The notes beneath the pieces are model-generated. The model worked only from the letters and a program-made list of their open reading frames with translations, was not told the DNA's origin and did no database searches. From the NCBI GenBank assembly GCA_963725865.1, contig CAVSAC010000014.1, forward strand, positions 928,001 to 992,000: DNA of 64,000 bases. The letters are read 5' to 3'. Position numbers and translations under genes: made by a program. The DNA is from Candidatus Eiseniibacteriota bacterium. GTDB taxonomy: Bacteria > Eisenbacteria > RBG-16-71-46. This document shows positions 1 to 9,606 of the stretch, piece after piece (within the stretch, counting starts at the first letter, position 1; each line of letters starts with the position of its first letter).

Positions 1-270
1 CAGCCCGTACTTGGGCACCGTGCCCACCGGCTGCCACACGTCGGTGGCGACCAGCCGCGACAGCCCGGCCTCCGCGCGGATCGCGGGATCGGTGAGCACC
101 GGCAGCGCCTCGCGCAGCACGAACACCACGATCAAGGCCAGCCCCGCGACGGCGCCGAACGCGCACACCCGCAGCAGCCCCGCGAGCACCGCCTCCTGCA
201 CCCGGCGCGCCCGGCGCGCGACGGCGCCGGGGACCAGCAGCGCGGGAGCGGGGCGCAGGGCGTCGGACAT
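1..270 (-). CDS. pstC: Phosphate ABC transporter permease PstC (5' part; runs off window)
   Basis: ATG at 270 overlaps the pstS stop. Translates MSDALRPAP...LALIVVFVLREALP...WQPVGTVPKYGL, a typical PstC N-terminal TM segment plus WxP..YG motif, directly downstream of pstS. Not in the ORF track because it is truncated. Confidence 0.9.
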   Translation of the reverse strand, partial: MSDALRPAPALLVPGAVARRARRVQEAVLAGLLRVCAFGAVAGLALIVVFVLREALPVLTDPAIRAEAGLSRLVATDVWQPVGTVPKYGL

Positions 271-1124
271 CAGTGGACCGGGAAGTAGCCGACCGCGGTC
301 ACGACCGCCTGGCCGGAATCCGAGAGCGCGTAGTCGGTGAAGCTCGCCATCAGTCCCGCGGGCGCCGTCCGCGCGTAGAAGTACAGCGCGCGCGCCAGCG
401 GGTACGAGCCGTCGTTGACGCTCGCCAGGCTGGGCAGCACCGCGGGGCCGGACGCGTCGGTCCGCAGCGCGAGGTCGCGCACGCCCGTCGCGTACGCGGC
501 GCCCCCGTAGCCGATGCCGCTCGGGTCCTGCGCGACCGCGTTGACCACCGCAGCGGTGCCCGGCAGCGTCTGCATGGCGGCGGTGTAGTCGGCGCCCTTG
601 AGCACGTGCTCCTTGAAGAACACGTACGTGCCCGAGCTGTTCTCGCGTCCGTAGAGCGTGATGTGGCCGGACGTGCCGCCGAGTTCCGTCCAGTCGGTGA
701 TGGAGCCGACGTAGATGCCGCGCAGCTGGTCGAGCGTGACCGCCTTCACCGGATTGGCGTCGTTCACGTAGATCGAGATGCCGTCCCGTGCGACCACGAT
801 CACGTGGGCGCGGGCGCCGAACTTGCTCTGGATGGTCGAGTCCTCGCGCGGCTCGATCGGCCGGGAGGCCATGCAGAGGTCGGTGGTGCCGTTGATGAGC
901 GCGGCGATGCCGGTGCCCGAGCCGCCGCCGGTGACCTGGACGCGCTCGCCGGGGTGGGTGGCCATGTAGCGTTCGGCCCAGCGCTGCACCAGCAGCACCA
1001 TGGTGTCGGAGCCCTTGATGGTGAGGTCCTCCACGCGCGGGTGGCGCGCGCACTGCGTGAGCACGAGCGCGGCGAACAAGCCGAGCGCCAGCAGCCCGAG
1101 GCGGATGGTGGTGCGGGACGACAT
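270..1124 (-). CDS. pstS: Phosphate ABC transporter substrate-binding protein (probable lipoprotein)
   Basis: GSDTM, GGGSGTG and RENSSGT motifs of PstS; lipobox-like LVLTQC. Confidence 0.95.
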   Translation of the reverse strand: MSSRTTIRLGLLALGLFAALVLTQCARHPRVEDLTIKGSDTMVLLVQRWAERYMATHPGERVQVTGGGSGTGIAALINGTTDLCMASRPIEPREDSTIQSKFGARAHVIVVARDGISIYVNDANPVKAVTLDQLRGIYVGSITDWTELGGTSGHITLYGRENSSGTYVFFKEHVLKGADYTAAMQTLPGTAAVVNAVAQDPSGIGYGGAAYATGVRDLALRTDASGPAVLPSLASVNDGSYPLARALYFYARTAPAGLMASFTDYALSDSGQAVVTAVGYFPVH

Positions 1125-1133
1125 GACAGCCTC

Positions 1134-1982
1134 CTAGTGCAGCGGGAAGTACCCGACCTCGGTCGCGAGCGATTGGCCGGCGGGCGAGAGCACCCAGTCC
1201 ACGAATGCCTTCGCGGGCCCGGCCGGCTTGACGCGGGCGTAGAGGTAGAGCGAGCGGGTGATGGGATACGAGCCGTCGCGCACGGTGGCGGCGCTGGGCG
1301 CGACGGCGGGCGTGGCGGCGTCCACCTTCACGCCCAGCTCGCGCACGCCCCGGGCGTAGGCGGCGCCGCCGTAGCCGATGCCGTTGGGGTCGTTCGCCAC
1401 CGCGTTCACCACCGCGGCGGTGCCGGGCAGGGTCTGTGTGCGCGCCGCGTAGTCGCGGCCGAGCAGCACGTTGTCCTTGAAGTACACGTAGGTGCCCGAG
1501 CTGTTCTCGCGCCCGTAGAGCACGATGATCGCGTCGCGGCCGCCGACCTGCTTCCAGTTCGTGAACTGGCCGGTGTAGATCGCGCGCAGCTGCTCGATGG
1601 AGAGCGCCTGCACCGGATTCGCCTCGTTCACGTAGACCGAGAGGCCGTCCTTGGCGACCGCGATCTCGACGCCCATCGACTGGAAACGGTCCCGGAGCTT
1701 CATCCGCTCGTCGGGCTTCATCGGGCGCGAGGCCATGCAGAGATCGGTGGTGCCGTTGATGAGCGCCGCGATCCCGGTGCCCGAGCCGCCGCCCGTGACC
1801 TGCACGATCGCGCCGGGGTGCTCGTTCATGTAGGTCTCGGCCCAGCGCTGCACCAGGATCACCATGGTGTCCGAGCCCTTGATCGTGAGTCCGCGGCCCG
1901 CGTGGGCCACCGGGGCGAGCGCCACGACTGCGGTGAGTCCGGCGAGCGCGCATGCGAAGGCGAACGGGCGGAACGGCGTCAT
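1134..1982 (-). CDS. pstS: Phosphate ABC transporter substrate-binding protein (second copy, cleavable signal peptide)
   Basis: Real start MTPFRPF at 1982, within ORF 1134..2807. Same PstS motifs; AHA signal-peptidase site. Confidence 0.93.
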   Translation of the reverse strand: MTPFRPFAFACALAGLTAVVALAPVAHAGRGLTIKGSDTMVILVQRWAETYMNEHPGAIVQVTGGGSGTGIAALINGTTDLCMASRPMKPDERMKLRDRFQSMGVEIAVAKDGLSVYVNEANPVQALSIEQLRAIYTGQFTNWKQVGGRDAIIVLYGRENSSGTYVYFKDNVLLGRDYAARTQTLPGTAAVVNAVANDPNGIGYGGAAYARGVRELGVKVDAATPAVAPSAATVRDGSYPITRSLYLYARVKPAGPAKAFVDWVLSPAGQSLATEVGYFPLH

Positions 1983-1993
1983 GAGTCGGGCTC

Positions 1994-3241
1994 CTAGTAC
2001 TTGTGCTGGACCTGGACGGTCCAGAGGTTGTCGTGCGGATCGACGGAGCGGCCCGCCACCGGCGCTTCGGTGCGGGGCGCGTCGTAGGACGCGGTGACGC
2101 GGGTGAGCCCGCCCCAGAACCAGCTCGCGCCGGCGCCGATCCGCTCGTACTGGTCGTGCGCCGCGTCCGTGTTCGGGTCGTACCAGTCGTAGCGCCCGGC
2201 GAGCTGGAACTGCTCGCCGAGGTTCTGCACCCACATCACGTAGCCGCCCTGCGCGTCGGTGGCGAAGTGATCGAGTCGCGCGCCCGCGGCGAGCAGCCGG
2301 CCGGCGGAGCTGGTGGCCGTGAACGCCTTCACCGAGTCCGGGTTGACCTCCTGGCCGGCGTAGTACTCGCCCTTCAGGCTGCCCCCGCCCACCACCGGCA
2401 GCTGGTAGTAGCCCTGGACGTCGAACCCGATGCGCGTCTTGTCGGACTCCACATCGGGTCCGGTGAGCGCGGTGAGCTGGCGTCCGCGGTACCAGGACAC
2501 CGCGCCGTCGAGCTGGCCCTGCGCGTAGCGGATCCGCGCGACGAAGTCCTTCGCGCGGGTCGGATCGGTGTTCGGGAAGTCGGCGCTGTTGATCCCACCG
2601 CCGTTGAGGATCCCGACCACGGTCTCGAGCCGGGGGGTCCACTGGCTGACCAGCTTCACGCCGCGGTCGCGCTCGCCGGAGAACAGCACGTTCTCGGCGC
2701 GCGAGCGTTCGGGCAGCTCGCGCACGCTCGAGGAGCGCTCGATCTCGTAGCCGAACGGCACGTTCATCTGGCCGATCGTCACCCGGTGCGCGTGCAGGGG
2801 CGTCCACGGATCGAGCAGCGTGACGTACGCCTCGAGCAGGCGGACCGTGCGGTCCTGCCCGCCGTCGACGTACACCACCGCCTCGCTGTACGGCCCGCCG
2901 TCGTAGGTGAGCTTCAGGCGCGCGCGGCGGATGTAGAACCGTGCGACGTTCGCCGGCGTGATCACCGCCGGGTCGCCCTTCACCTTCACCGAGTCGCGCT
3001 GGTTCTCGGACGACTCCCAGCGGCTCTGGACGTAGCCCGAGAGCCTGAACTTCTTGAGCTTGTCGAGGTCGGCCTGCAGCGACTGGAACTGCTCGGTCAT
3101 GCCGTCGAGATCGCCGCGCAGCAGGGCCAGGCGCCCGCGTAACGCCGCGAGCGAATCGGCGCCGGCGTCCTGCGCGAACGCCGCCGCGGGCAGCAGCACG
3201 AGCCCGAGCGCCGTGGCGGCGACGGTGGATCGGATGTTCAC
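1994..3241 (-). CDS. Phosphate-selective porin, OprO/OprP-like
   Basis: Signal peptide, coiled coil, F.IRRARLK and GQ..VPFGYE motifs, C-terminal VQHKY beta-signal; GGAGGA RBS; pst context. Confidence 0.8.
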   Translation of the reverse strand: MNIRSTVAATALGLVLLPAAAFAQDAGADSLAALRGRLALLRGDLDGMTEQFQSLQADLDKLKKFRLSGYVQSRWESSENQRDSVKVKGDPAVITPANVARFYIRRARLKLTYDGGPYSEAVVYVDGGQDRTVRLLEAYVTLLDPWTPLHAHRVTIGQMNVPFGYEIERSSSVRELPERSRAENVLFSGERDRGVKLVSQWTPRLETVVGILNGGGINSADFPNTDPTRAKDFVARIRYAQGQLDGAVSWYRGRQLTALTGPDVESDKTRIGFDVQGYYQLPVVGGGSLKGEYYAGQEVNPDSVKAFTATSSAGRLLAAGARLDHFATDAQGGYVMWVQNLGEQFQLAGRYDWYDPNTDAAHDQYERIGAGASWFWGGLTRVTASYDAPRTEAPVAGRSVDPHDNLWTVQVQHKY

Positions 3242-3330
3242 GTGCGCGGGTCCTCCGTTCGCGGGCCCCCGCTGGGACGGCGGATCGGGGCGCGGGGCGC
3301 TACGAGTGGGGTTGACGGTATCCGTCCCGG

Positions 3331-3369
3331 GTTGCCGGAACGTGGCCGCGGTGTTTCCGCGGCGTGAAC
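3331..3369 (-). promoter_or_regulatory. Putative Pho box (four degenerate half-sites, 11-bp period) upstream of the porin-pstS-pstS-pstC operon
   Basis: Plus-strand GTTGCC(3331), GTGGCC(3342), GTTTCC(3353), GTGAAC(3364) at exact 11-bp spacing; -10-like TACCGT at 3315-3320 on the minus strand. Confidence 0.5.
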
Positions 3370-3386
3370 GTCGCGGGCGAGCGGTC

Positions 3387-3743
3387 TCACTCGGCGAGGT
3401 GGAGGCCGCGGCCTGCGCGAGGCACGCGCTGGCGCCGCGTGCGCAGCGACCGCCGGCGCGCGGCCATCACGATCTCGGCGTAGTCGATCCCGGCGGTGGC
3501 GACCGCGGCTCGCCACGATCCGAACATGCGGCGGGCGCGGGCGTAGAGCGCGCTGTGCCGCTCGTGGATGCGGAACAGCCCGTCGTCGCGCCGGGCGAGG
3601 TCGCGGATGCGTTGCAGCACCGCCTCGGGGGTCATGAGCGCGGGCCGGCCCGGCGCACGGCGCGACGCCGCCCCGACCCGAGAAGCCGCCCGCGGATCGC
3701 GGCCCACGGTGCGGAATGACGGCGTCTCGGAAGCGAGGGACAT
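3387..3743 (-). CDS. Small basic protein resembling a homing-endonuclease-associated repeat (putative DNA-binding)
   Basis: AGGAGA RBS before ATG 3743; LYARARRMFGSWRAAVATAGIDY motif typical of HNH-associated repeat/HTH-like units; 118 aa. Confidence 0.65.
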   Translation of the reverse strand: MSLASETPSFRTVGRDPRAASRVGAASRRAPGRPALMTPEAVLQRIRDLARRDDGLFRIHERHSALYARARRMFGSWRAAVATAGIDYAEIVMAARRRSLRTRRQRVPRAGRGLHLAE

Positions 3744-3804
3744 CGGCGTCTCCTGGTCGTCCGGTCGGGGGGCCCGGCACGTGCAGCAGGAGATCATGCC
3801 GGAC

Positions 3805-3832
3805 GTGACCGCGGAGTTACGGCAACGTGGCC
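3805..3832 (-). promoter_or_regulatory. Putative Pho box upstream of the small DNA-binding protein
   Basis: GTGACC(3805), GTTACG(3816), GTGGCC(3827): 11-bp period, reading GGTCAC/CGTAAC/GGCCAC on the minus strand. Confidence 0.55.
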
Positions 3833-3923
3833 GGAAGGAAAACTTCGTCAACCTCGTGATCGCGCCGTCGCGCGGCCGACGGCGTCGCGAGGCCGGCCCC
3901 CCTCGCTCCGCGGGAGGCGGCGC

Positions 3924-4619
3924 TCAGTCCTTCACGCTGTAGATCTTGAACGCGCCTTTGCGCTCGGCGATGGAGCGGATCCAATCGAGCCGCTCGAGCT
4001 GGCCGAGCTCGTTCCGCGCGATCAGCGTGACGCGGTCGTGGAGGGCGAAATTCCGATAGCGCGTCGCGGGTGCGATCGCCTCGAAGCGCACGTACTCCAG
4101 GAAGCGCCCTCCGTGATCGCGGAGCGCAATGCCGCACCCGCCGCGGAGCCGCGCCCCGAGGATCCTCCACCCATCCTGCCACTCCAGCCCGGTGGCCGGA
4201 CGGCTCTGCGGGAACTCGCGCCACAGGATGTCCCGGAACTCGCTGTCGGCGACGCAGAGGGCGAGCAGCGAGTCGCGCTGCTGGTGATGCAGTGCGCGAC
4301 AGACCCGGCGCCCGAGCTCGTCGAGGCTACGCGCCCCGCCGTGGAAGCGTTGGCGCACCAGCGGCGAGCCGGTCCGCCGCCCGAGGACCACGGCGAGGGA
4401 TTCGGGGTCGTGTGCGGGGCGATAGCCCGGCGAGTCCTTCACCGAGGGCCGCCGCGCGGTGGCCGCCGTGGCGGGTGCGGCGGGCGTGGCGGGCGTGGGG
4501 TTCGAGCCCTGCGCCCACGCCACCGCGACGACCAGCAGGCTGGCGGCGGCCAACCCCAGCGTGGCCCGGGCGCCGTCCCGAACGCGCGCGCCGGCGCGAG
4601 ACGTCCGATGCGCGCTCAT
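3924..4619 (-). CDS. Exported hypothetical protein
   Basis: ATG 4619 overlaps the TonB receptor stop (ATGA). Signal peptide ending AWA, Pro/Ala/Thr linker, globular C-terminal domain; 231 aa. Confidence 0.75.
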   Translation of the reverse strand: MSAHRTSRAGARVRDGARATLGLAAASLLVVAVAWAQGSNPTPATPAAPATAATARRPSVKDSPGYRPAHDPESLAVVLGRRTGSPLVRQRFHGGARSLDELGRRVCRALHHQQRDSLLALCVADSEFRDILWREFPQSRPATGLEWQDGWRILGARLRGGCGIALRDHGGRFLEYVRFEAIAPATRYRNFALHDRVTLIARNELGQLERLDWIRSIAERKGAFKIYSVKD

Positions 4620-7462
4620 GAGCCGAAGGAGAACGCCAGCGAGTAGGTGCGGCCGCTGCGGTAGCCGGTGACCTCGCGCCCGCCCTGGAGTCGCTGGATG
4701 CGCGGGTCGAGCAGGTTGCGCGCCGACAGCTTCAGGCGGGTGCCGCGGACGGGCGCGACACCCAGCGTTGCGTCGAGGCTGGCGCTCGGCCGCTCGTAGA
4801 CGTCCCCGATCGCCTTCAGCCCGAGCGCCTCGAGGCGCTTGCCCACCGCGCTCATCAGCACGGACGCGTCCACGCGCCCGCTCGCCGAGGTGTAGCCCAG
4901 CGCGCCGTTCACGACGTAGGCGGCCTGGCCCTGGAGCGGGTGCTGCTGCGAGCCGTATGCCGTGAGCTGCGGCTTGAGACGAATCCGGGTGGAGATGAAG
5001 GACGCGTTCGTGTTGAGCGAGAAGCGGCTCAGCGCGGGCGCCAGGCGGCCGAGTCCGGTGCGCGCTTCGAGCTCCACGCCGAGGTTGCGGCCGCGGTCCG
5101 AGTTGTACGGCTTGAGCCCCATCGGGGTGGACGCTTCGAGCACCTGCTCGATCGGCTCGCTCAGGCGCTTGTAGAAGAAGCCCGCGGCCAGCACCTCCGA
5201 GAGCGATGGGAACGCTTCGATCCTCATGTCGTAATTCTCGATCAGCGTGCGGCTCAGGTGAGGATTCCCCATTTGCTGGAAGCCGCCGATGTACTCGAAC
5301 GCGGGGCTCGTGGAGAGCTCGTTGAGGTCCGGGCGCGACAGCGTCCGACTCGCCGCGACGCGCAGGTTGACGTCGTGCCTCACCGCCCAGGTCAGGTTGG
5401 CCGAGGGCAGCCAATCGGTGCGCGCGTAGCCGCCCTGGTCGACGATGCGAGTCGGGTTGAACAGGTCGAAGCTGCGGACTTCCTGGGTGCCGCGCTCGGC
5501 GCGCACCCCGAGGGTCGCGCGCAGCGCTCCACCGAGCGGCACGTCTGCGCTCAGGTAGCCCGCGCGGACCATCTGTCGCGCGTGGTAGTTGTCCTGGGGC
5601 AGCGTGGCCTCGTCCACGTAGGCGCTGCCGGGCGTGCCGTCGAAGGCCCCGGGACCGAACAGCGTCTCGGGCGGCGCGCCGGGATCGGCGTTGGCGTTCG
5701 GGTAGAAGTTGAACCGCCGGTAGAAGTTCTCGCGCCGCTTGCTCTGGCGGTCGTATCCGACCACCCACTTGCCGCGCCCGAGGCCGCCGAGGCGATAGGG
5801 GACGGCGGTGCTGGCGCTCGCGCCCCACCCGTCGTCGCGCAGGTCGCCGAACTCGCGCCGGCCGGTCGAGCCCGACCAGTTGTCCACGAGATTCCCGGTG
5901 CCGTCGTCGTAGGGGTGATAGCTGTAGGAGGTCTCGCGCCGGTCGGGTTGCTGCCGTCGCGCGCGCGAGCGGCTCAGCTGCCAGTCGACGGTCGCCCCCA
6001 GCACGTGCTCGAATTCGTGCTTGCCCCCGAGGTTGGCCGAGAGCACGTCGCGCTCGATGTACATCAGGCGGGTATCGCGGTGGACCAGCCACGTCCCCGT
6101 CGTGGCTTCCACCTGGTTGTGGTCCTGCCCCTCGTAGGTGCGGACCTCGTCGTCCGCGCTGTGGGTCCAGAGCCCGCGCAGATGGAGGGTGTGCTGCGGC
6201 GAGAGCCGGTAGCTGAGGCCGGTCACCCCGCCGAGCTGCGCCGACTCCTTCGACCAGTGGACCGCGTAGTCCGTGAGCGTGTCGCGTTCGTTCGGGAACA
6301 GACGCTGGGACTCGTCCTGCGCGTCGAAGGAGCGCGACAGGCTGCCGGACGCGATCACGCCCAGGGAGCGGCCGAGCAGCTGGTACTCGTCGCCGAAGGC
6401 GGCGGAGTAGCCGGCATTGGGGATGGCTCGGGCCGTGGTCGGCGACCACACGTCGTGGAACGCGCCCGCGATGGCCGCGAGCGTGCCGCGGGTGAAGAAG
6501 CCGCGCGCCGGGTTGCCTTCGCGCAGCTGCCGGTCGCCGGCGAGGTCGAACACCGCATCGGGGATCTTCCGCGCGCCGCTACCGAAGCCGAACAGGTCGG
6601 AGCGCGAACCGCGGTAGGTGCGCACGCGCTGGAACGTGACGCCCTCGGCGTAGCCCTGCGAGACCGAGAACGACCAGGTGCGCTCGCCGGGGAAGTCCTT
6701 GGTGTGGACCTGGACGTCTCCCCCGCCGAACTCGCCCGGCCGGTCGGCGGTGTAGGTCTTCTGCACCACGATGTTGTCGAGCAGGCTGGCGGGGAAGAGA
6801 TCGAGCGGCACGACGCGCTTGTTCTGCTCCGGGCTCGCGATGCGCACGCCGTCCACCTCGGTCGAGCTGTAGCGCTCGCCGAGCCCGCGCACGAACACGA
6901 ACTTCCCGCTCGAGACGGACAGCCCCGTGACGCGGCGCAGCACTTCGCCGGCGTCCTTGTCGGGGGAGCGGCGCACCTGCTCGGCGCTGACGGCGTCCCC
7001 CACCGCGACGGCCTTCCGGCGGACCGCGAGCAGGGCGCTCTCCGTGTTCTGCCGCAGGGCCGCCTCGACCACGACCTCCTGCTGCTGGATCGCCGCCGGG
7101 TCGAGCGCGGCGCTGATGGGCAGCAGCTGGCCGGGCTCGATGCGGATCCCCTCGATGCGCTTGCGGGCGTAGGACATGGCGCGGAACTCGAGCGCGTACA
7201 GGCCCGGCGCGGCCTCGATCAGGAACGTGCCGTCGCCATTCGTCATCGCGCCGATGCGGCGCAGCGTGGTGTCGGTCGGGACCAGTCGCACGTCTGCGAA
7301 GCCGAGCGGCTCGCCGGTGTCGGTCGCGACGAGCCGGCCTTGGACCTTGCCGATCGGGGCGGCGGCCGCCGCGCGGGCGCCGGGGCATCCGACCAAGAAC
7401 GCGAGGGCGATGACGAACGACCACGTGGAGAGAGCGAGCAGCGGGTCTGCCTTGCGACGCAT
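4616..7462 (-). CDS. TonB-dependent receptor with N-terminal carboxypeptidase-regulatory-like domain
   Basis: Plug motif FVFVRGLGERY...VPLDLFP, SRPDLNEL..GNP, RNLLD and C-terminal aromatic strand; 948 aa. Confidence 0.93.
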   Translation of the reverse strand: MRRKADPLLALSTWSFVIALAFLVGCPGARAAAAAPIGKVQGRLVATDTGEPLGFADVRLVPTDTTLRRIGAMTNGDGTFLIEAAPGLYALEFRAMSYARKRIEGIRIEPGQLLPISAALDPAAIQQQEVVVEAALRQNTESALLAVRRKAVAVGDAVSAEQVRRSPDKDAGEVLRRVTGLSVSSGKFVFVRGLGERYSSTEVDGVRIASPEQNKRVVPLDLFPASLLDNIVVQKTYTADRPGEFGGGDVQVHTKDFPGERTWSFSVSQGYAEGVTFQRVRTYRGSRSDLFGFGSGARKIPDAVFDLAGDRQLREGNPARGFFTRGTLAAIAGAFHDVWSPTTARAIPNAGYSAAFGDEYQLLGRSLGVIASGSLSRSFDAQDESQRLFPNERDTLTDYAVHWSKESAQLGGVTGLSYRLSPQHTLHLRGLWTHSADDEVRTYEGQDHNQVEATTGTWLVHRDTRLMYIERDVLSANLGGKHEFEHVLGATVDWQLSRSRARRQQPDRRETSYSYHPYDDGTGNLVDNWSGSTGRREFGDLRDDGWGASASTAVPYRLGGLGRGKWVVGYDRQSKRRENFYRRFNFYPNANADPGAPPETLFGPGAFDGTPGSAYVDEATLPQDNYHARQMVRAGYLSADVPLGGALRATLGVRAERGTQEVRSFDLFNPTRIVDQGGYARTDWLPSANLTWAVRHDVNLRVAASRTLSRPDLNELSTSPAFEYIGGFQQMGNPHLSRTLIENYDMRIEAFPSLSEVLAAGFFYKRLSEPIEQVLEASTPMGLKPYNSDRGRNLGVELEARTGLGRLAPALSRFSLNTNASFISTRIRLKPQLTAYGSQQHPLQGQAAYVVNGALGYTSASGRVDASVLMSAVGKRLEALGLKAIGDVYERPSASLDATLGVAPVRGTRLKLSARNLLDPRIQRLQGGREVTGYRSGRTYSLAFSFGS

Positions 7463-7579
7463 CGGTTCATCCTCCGGGGAAGGGAAGGTGCTCAGTTCCT
7501 CGGGTTCGATTTGCGGCCTCCGCGCCGAGACCCGGCCGCGACGCGGCTCGCGACCGGGTCGGCCCGGAACCGCCGGGTT

Positions 7580-9328
7580 TCAGTCCACTCGGACGATCTT
7601 GCCGGTGGCCGTCGCTCCGTCGGCGAACACCTTGTAGAAGTACACGCCCCCCGGGGTGGCGCGGTCCGCCTGCCATGCCAGCGAGTGCGCGCCGGGCGAC
7701 ATCAGGCCGGGCTCGAGCGACGCGACGCGGCGGCCCGCCGCCGAGAAGATGTCCACCCGCACGGTCGCCGTCTTCGCGAGCGTGAAGTTGAAGTTCGTCC
7801 GGCTGCGGAACGGGTTCGGCGCGCCGTAGGCAACGAACACGTTGCCGGTCGCGATCGGCGCGGACGCGACGTTGCAGAACAGCGCCGGCGCCGCGGGCGG
7901 AGCCGCGCAGTGCGCCTCGAAGGTCGCGTTGTCGTCCACCTTCAGCGCCGCGGTCTTGAAGTCGTAGATGACCGAGTTCAGCACCTGGCCGCCGGTGCCG
8001 CGGCGCCAGTTGACGCCCGCGGTGGGGCCGGGAAACGTCGGCCCGACGCGCCTGTCGCCGATCATGGTCATGTTCGAGATGGTCGGGTTGGAGCGGCCCG
8101 AGCACACCGTCGCATCGAAATCGAACTCGTTGTCGTCGGCCTCGATGCCCTTGTCGCCGTTCTGGGTGCCCGAGGGTGCGAAGCGCGGGCTCTGGCGCAC
8201 GATCACGAACTGCGAGCGACCGGTGTAGCCCATCTGCCAGTCGTAGCCGTCGTCGGTGCCGTCGATGCCGATCAGGTACTTGCTGTCCATCGCGCCGCCG
8301 AACCACTCGAACGAGTCGTCGGCGCCCAGGAAGGCCTCGAGGTGGTCAGCGGTGGTGCCGCGGCCCACCGCGCAGAACGTGAACGAGTTGAGCTCGTTGT
8401 TGGGCGTGATCTCCTTGCCCGAGAACTCCACGCGGACGTACTGGAGGACGCCGGAGTCGTCGTTGTCGTCGTTGCCGCCGTAGTAACCGATCGCGCCACC
8501 CTCGGCGGCGGCGGAGTCGCCGGCGCACGAGTTGGCGAGGTTGGTCTTGCCGTAGCCGTTGATGATCAGCCCGCCGCCGGCGCCGGTGTGCATCGTGCCC
8601 GGGGCGTCGTCGGACGTGATGACGATCGGCGCGGTCCGTGTGCCGGTCGCGAAGATCTTGGCGCCGCGCTCGACGATGATGGTCCCGAGCGTGGCGCGCT
8701 CCTCGAAGATCACCACGCCGGCCGGGATGGTGAGCGAGGCCTGGCTCTTGACGCGCAGCTGTCCGCGGAGGAGGTAGTTGCTGTCCGCGGCCCAGGTCTG
8801 GCTCGCGTACAGATTGATGTTCTCGTAGACCGCGAGCGGGCGCGGATCGGGCATGCCGACCAGGTGCAGGTCCTGGCGGCCGGCGCCGGTCGAGTCGTAG
8901 TAGGTCCAGCCCTGGGTCCAATCCTCCGCGGGGTCCGGCGACAACGCGCCGGCGTAGCAGGTCTGGGTGAAGAAGCCGTCGTTGGGGACGGTCACCGCGT
9001 GGCCGTAAGCCGGGCTGCCGAGCGCCGGGCGGAAGTCGGGCACCACGTTCGCCTGGTACACGGCGTTCGGGAGCAGCGGATCCGCGTAGAGGTTGTGGGT
9101 GTAGGTCACGGTGCCGAGGTCGGCGGCCGTGAACGGCAACACGCAGGCCGGCCCGGCGGCGGTGCCGGAGAACTGGCCGCGGAACGTGCCGGTGACGTTG
9201 TTGTTGAAGACGACGTTGCCGTCGAAGACCAGCTGCGCGGCGGCGCTGCCCGCGCTCAGAGCGAGCAGCCCGAGCGCGACCAGGCCGCGGCGCAGGCGCG
9301 AGAGTCCGTCGTGGTGTGCGTTTCGCAT
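7580..9328 (-). CDS. Secreted ElpS-like beta-helix protein with C-terminal FlgD-Ig/T9SS-like domain
   Basis: GGAGG RBS and ATG at 9328; signal peptide; DSGVLQYVRVEFSG..NELNS..AVGRGT..DDSFEWFGG motifs; C-terminal PNPF...GRRV...GVYFYKV. Confidence 0.8.
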   Translation of the reverse strand: MRNAHHDGLSRLRRGLVALGLLALSAGSAAAQLVFDGNVVFNNNVTGTFRGQFSGTAAGPACVLPFTAADLGTVTYTHNLYADPLLPNAVYQANVVPDFRPALGSPAYGHAVTVPNDGFFTQTCYAGALSPDPAEDWTQGWTYYDSTGAGRQDLHLVGMPDPRPLAVYENINLYASQTWAADSNYLLRGQLRVKSQASLTIPAGVVIFEERATLGTIIVERGAKIFATGTRTAPIVITSDDAPGTMHTGAGGGLIINGYGKTNLANSCAGDSAAAEGGAIGYYGGNDDNDDSGVLQYVRVEFSGKEITPNNELNSFTFCAVGRGTTADHLEAFLGADDSFEWFGGAMDSKYLIGIDGTDDGYDWQMGYTGRSQFVIVRQSPRFAPSGTQNGDKGIEADDNEFDFDATVCSGRSNPTISNMTMIGDRRVGPTFPGPTAGVNWRRGTGGQVLNSVIYDFKTAALKVDDNATFEAHCAAPPAAPALFCNVASAPIATGNVFVAYGAPNPFRSRTNFNFTLAKTATVRVDIFSAAGRRVASLEPGLMSPGAHSLAWQADRATPGGVYFYKVFADGATATGKIVRVD

Positions 9329-9579
9329 GTTGCCTCCCGGGGCTGGACGAGTGGACGAGGTCGGCGGAACGGTCCCGGAGGGTCCGGGGTCTCGCGCCAG
9401 GGAGCCAGCCTGCGCGCGCGATCCGGATCCTCTCCAGGCAGATGGGGAGCGGCGTTGACGAGCGGATGGGACCGGGCTCGCAGCAGCCGATGACGACGCA
9501 CCTTCCCAGTGACGGCGACCCCTGTGCTGCGGCCGCTCCCCGACGACCGGCACGCTATCGGGCGCACCCGCGCGATGAC

Positions 9580-9606
9580 GTGACCGGGAGGTGACGCGGC
9601 GGTAAA
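9580..9606 (-). promoter_or_regulatory. Putative Pho box upstream of the ElpS-like/TonB receptor operon
   Basis: GTGAC(9580), GTGAC(9591), GTAAA(9602): 11-bp period, i.e. GTCAC repeats on the minus strand; TAGCGT -10-like at 9552-9557. Confidence 0.65.
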
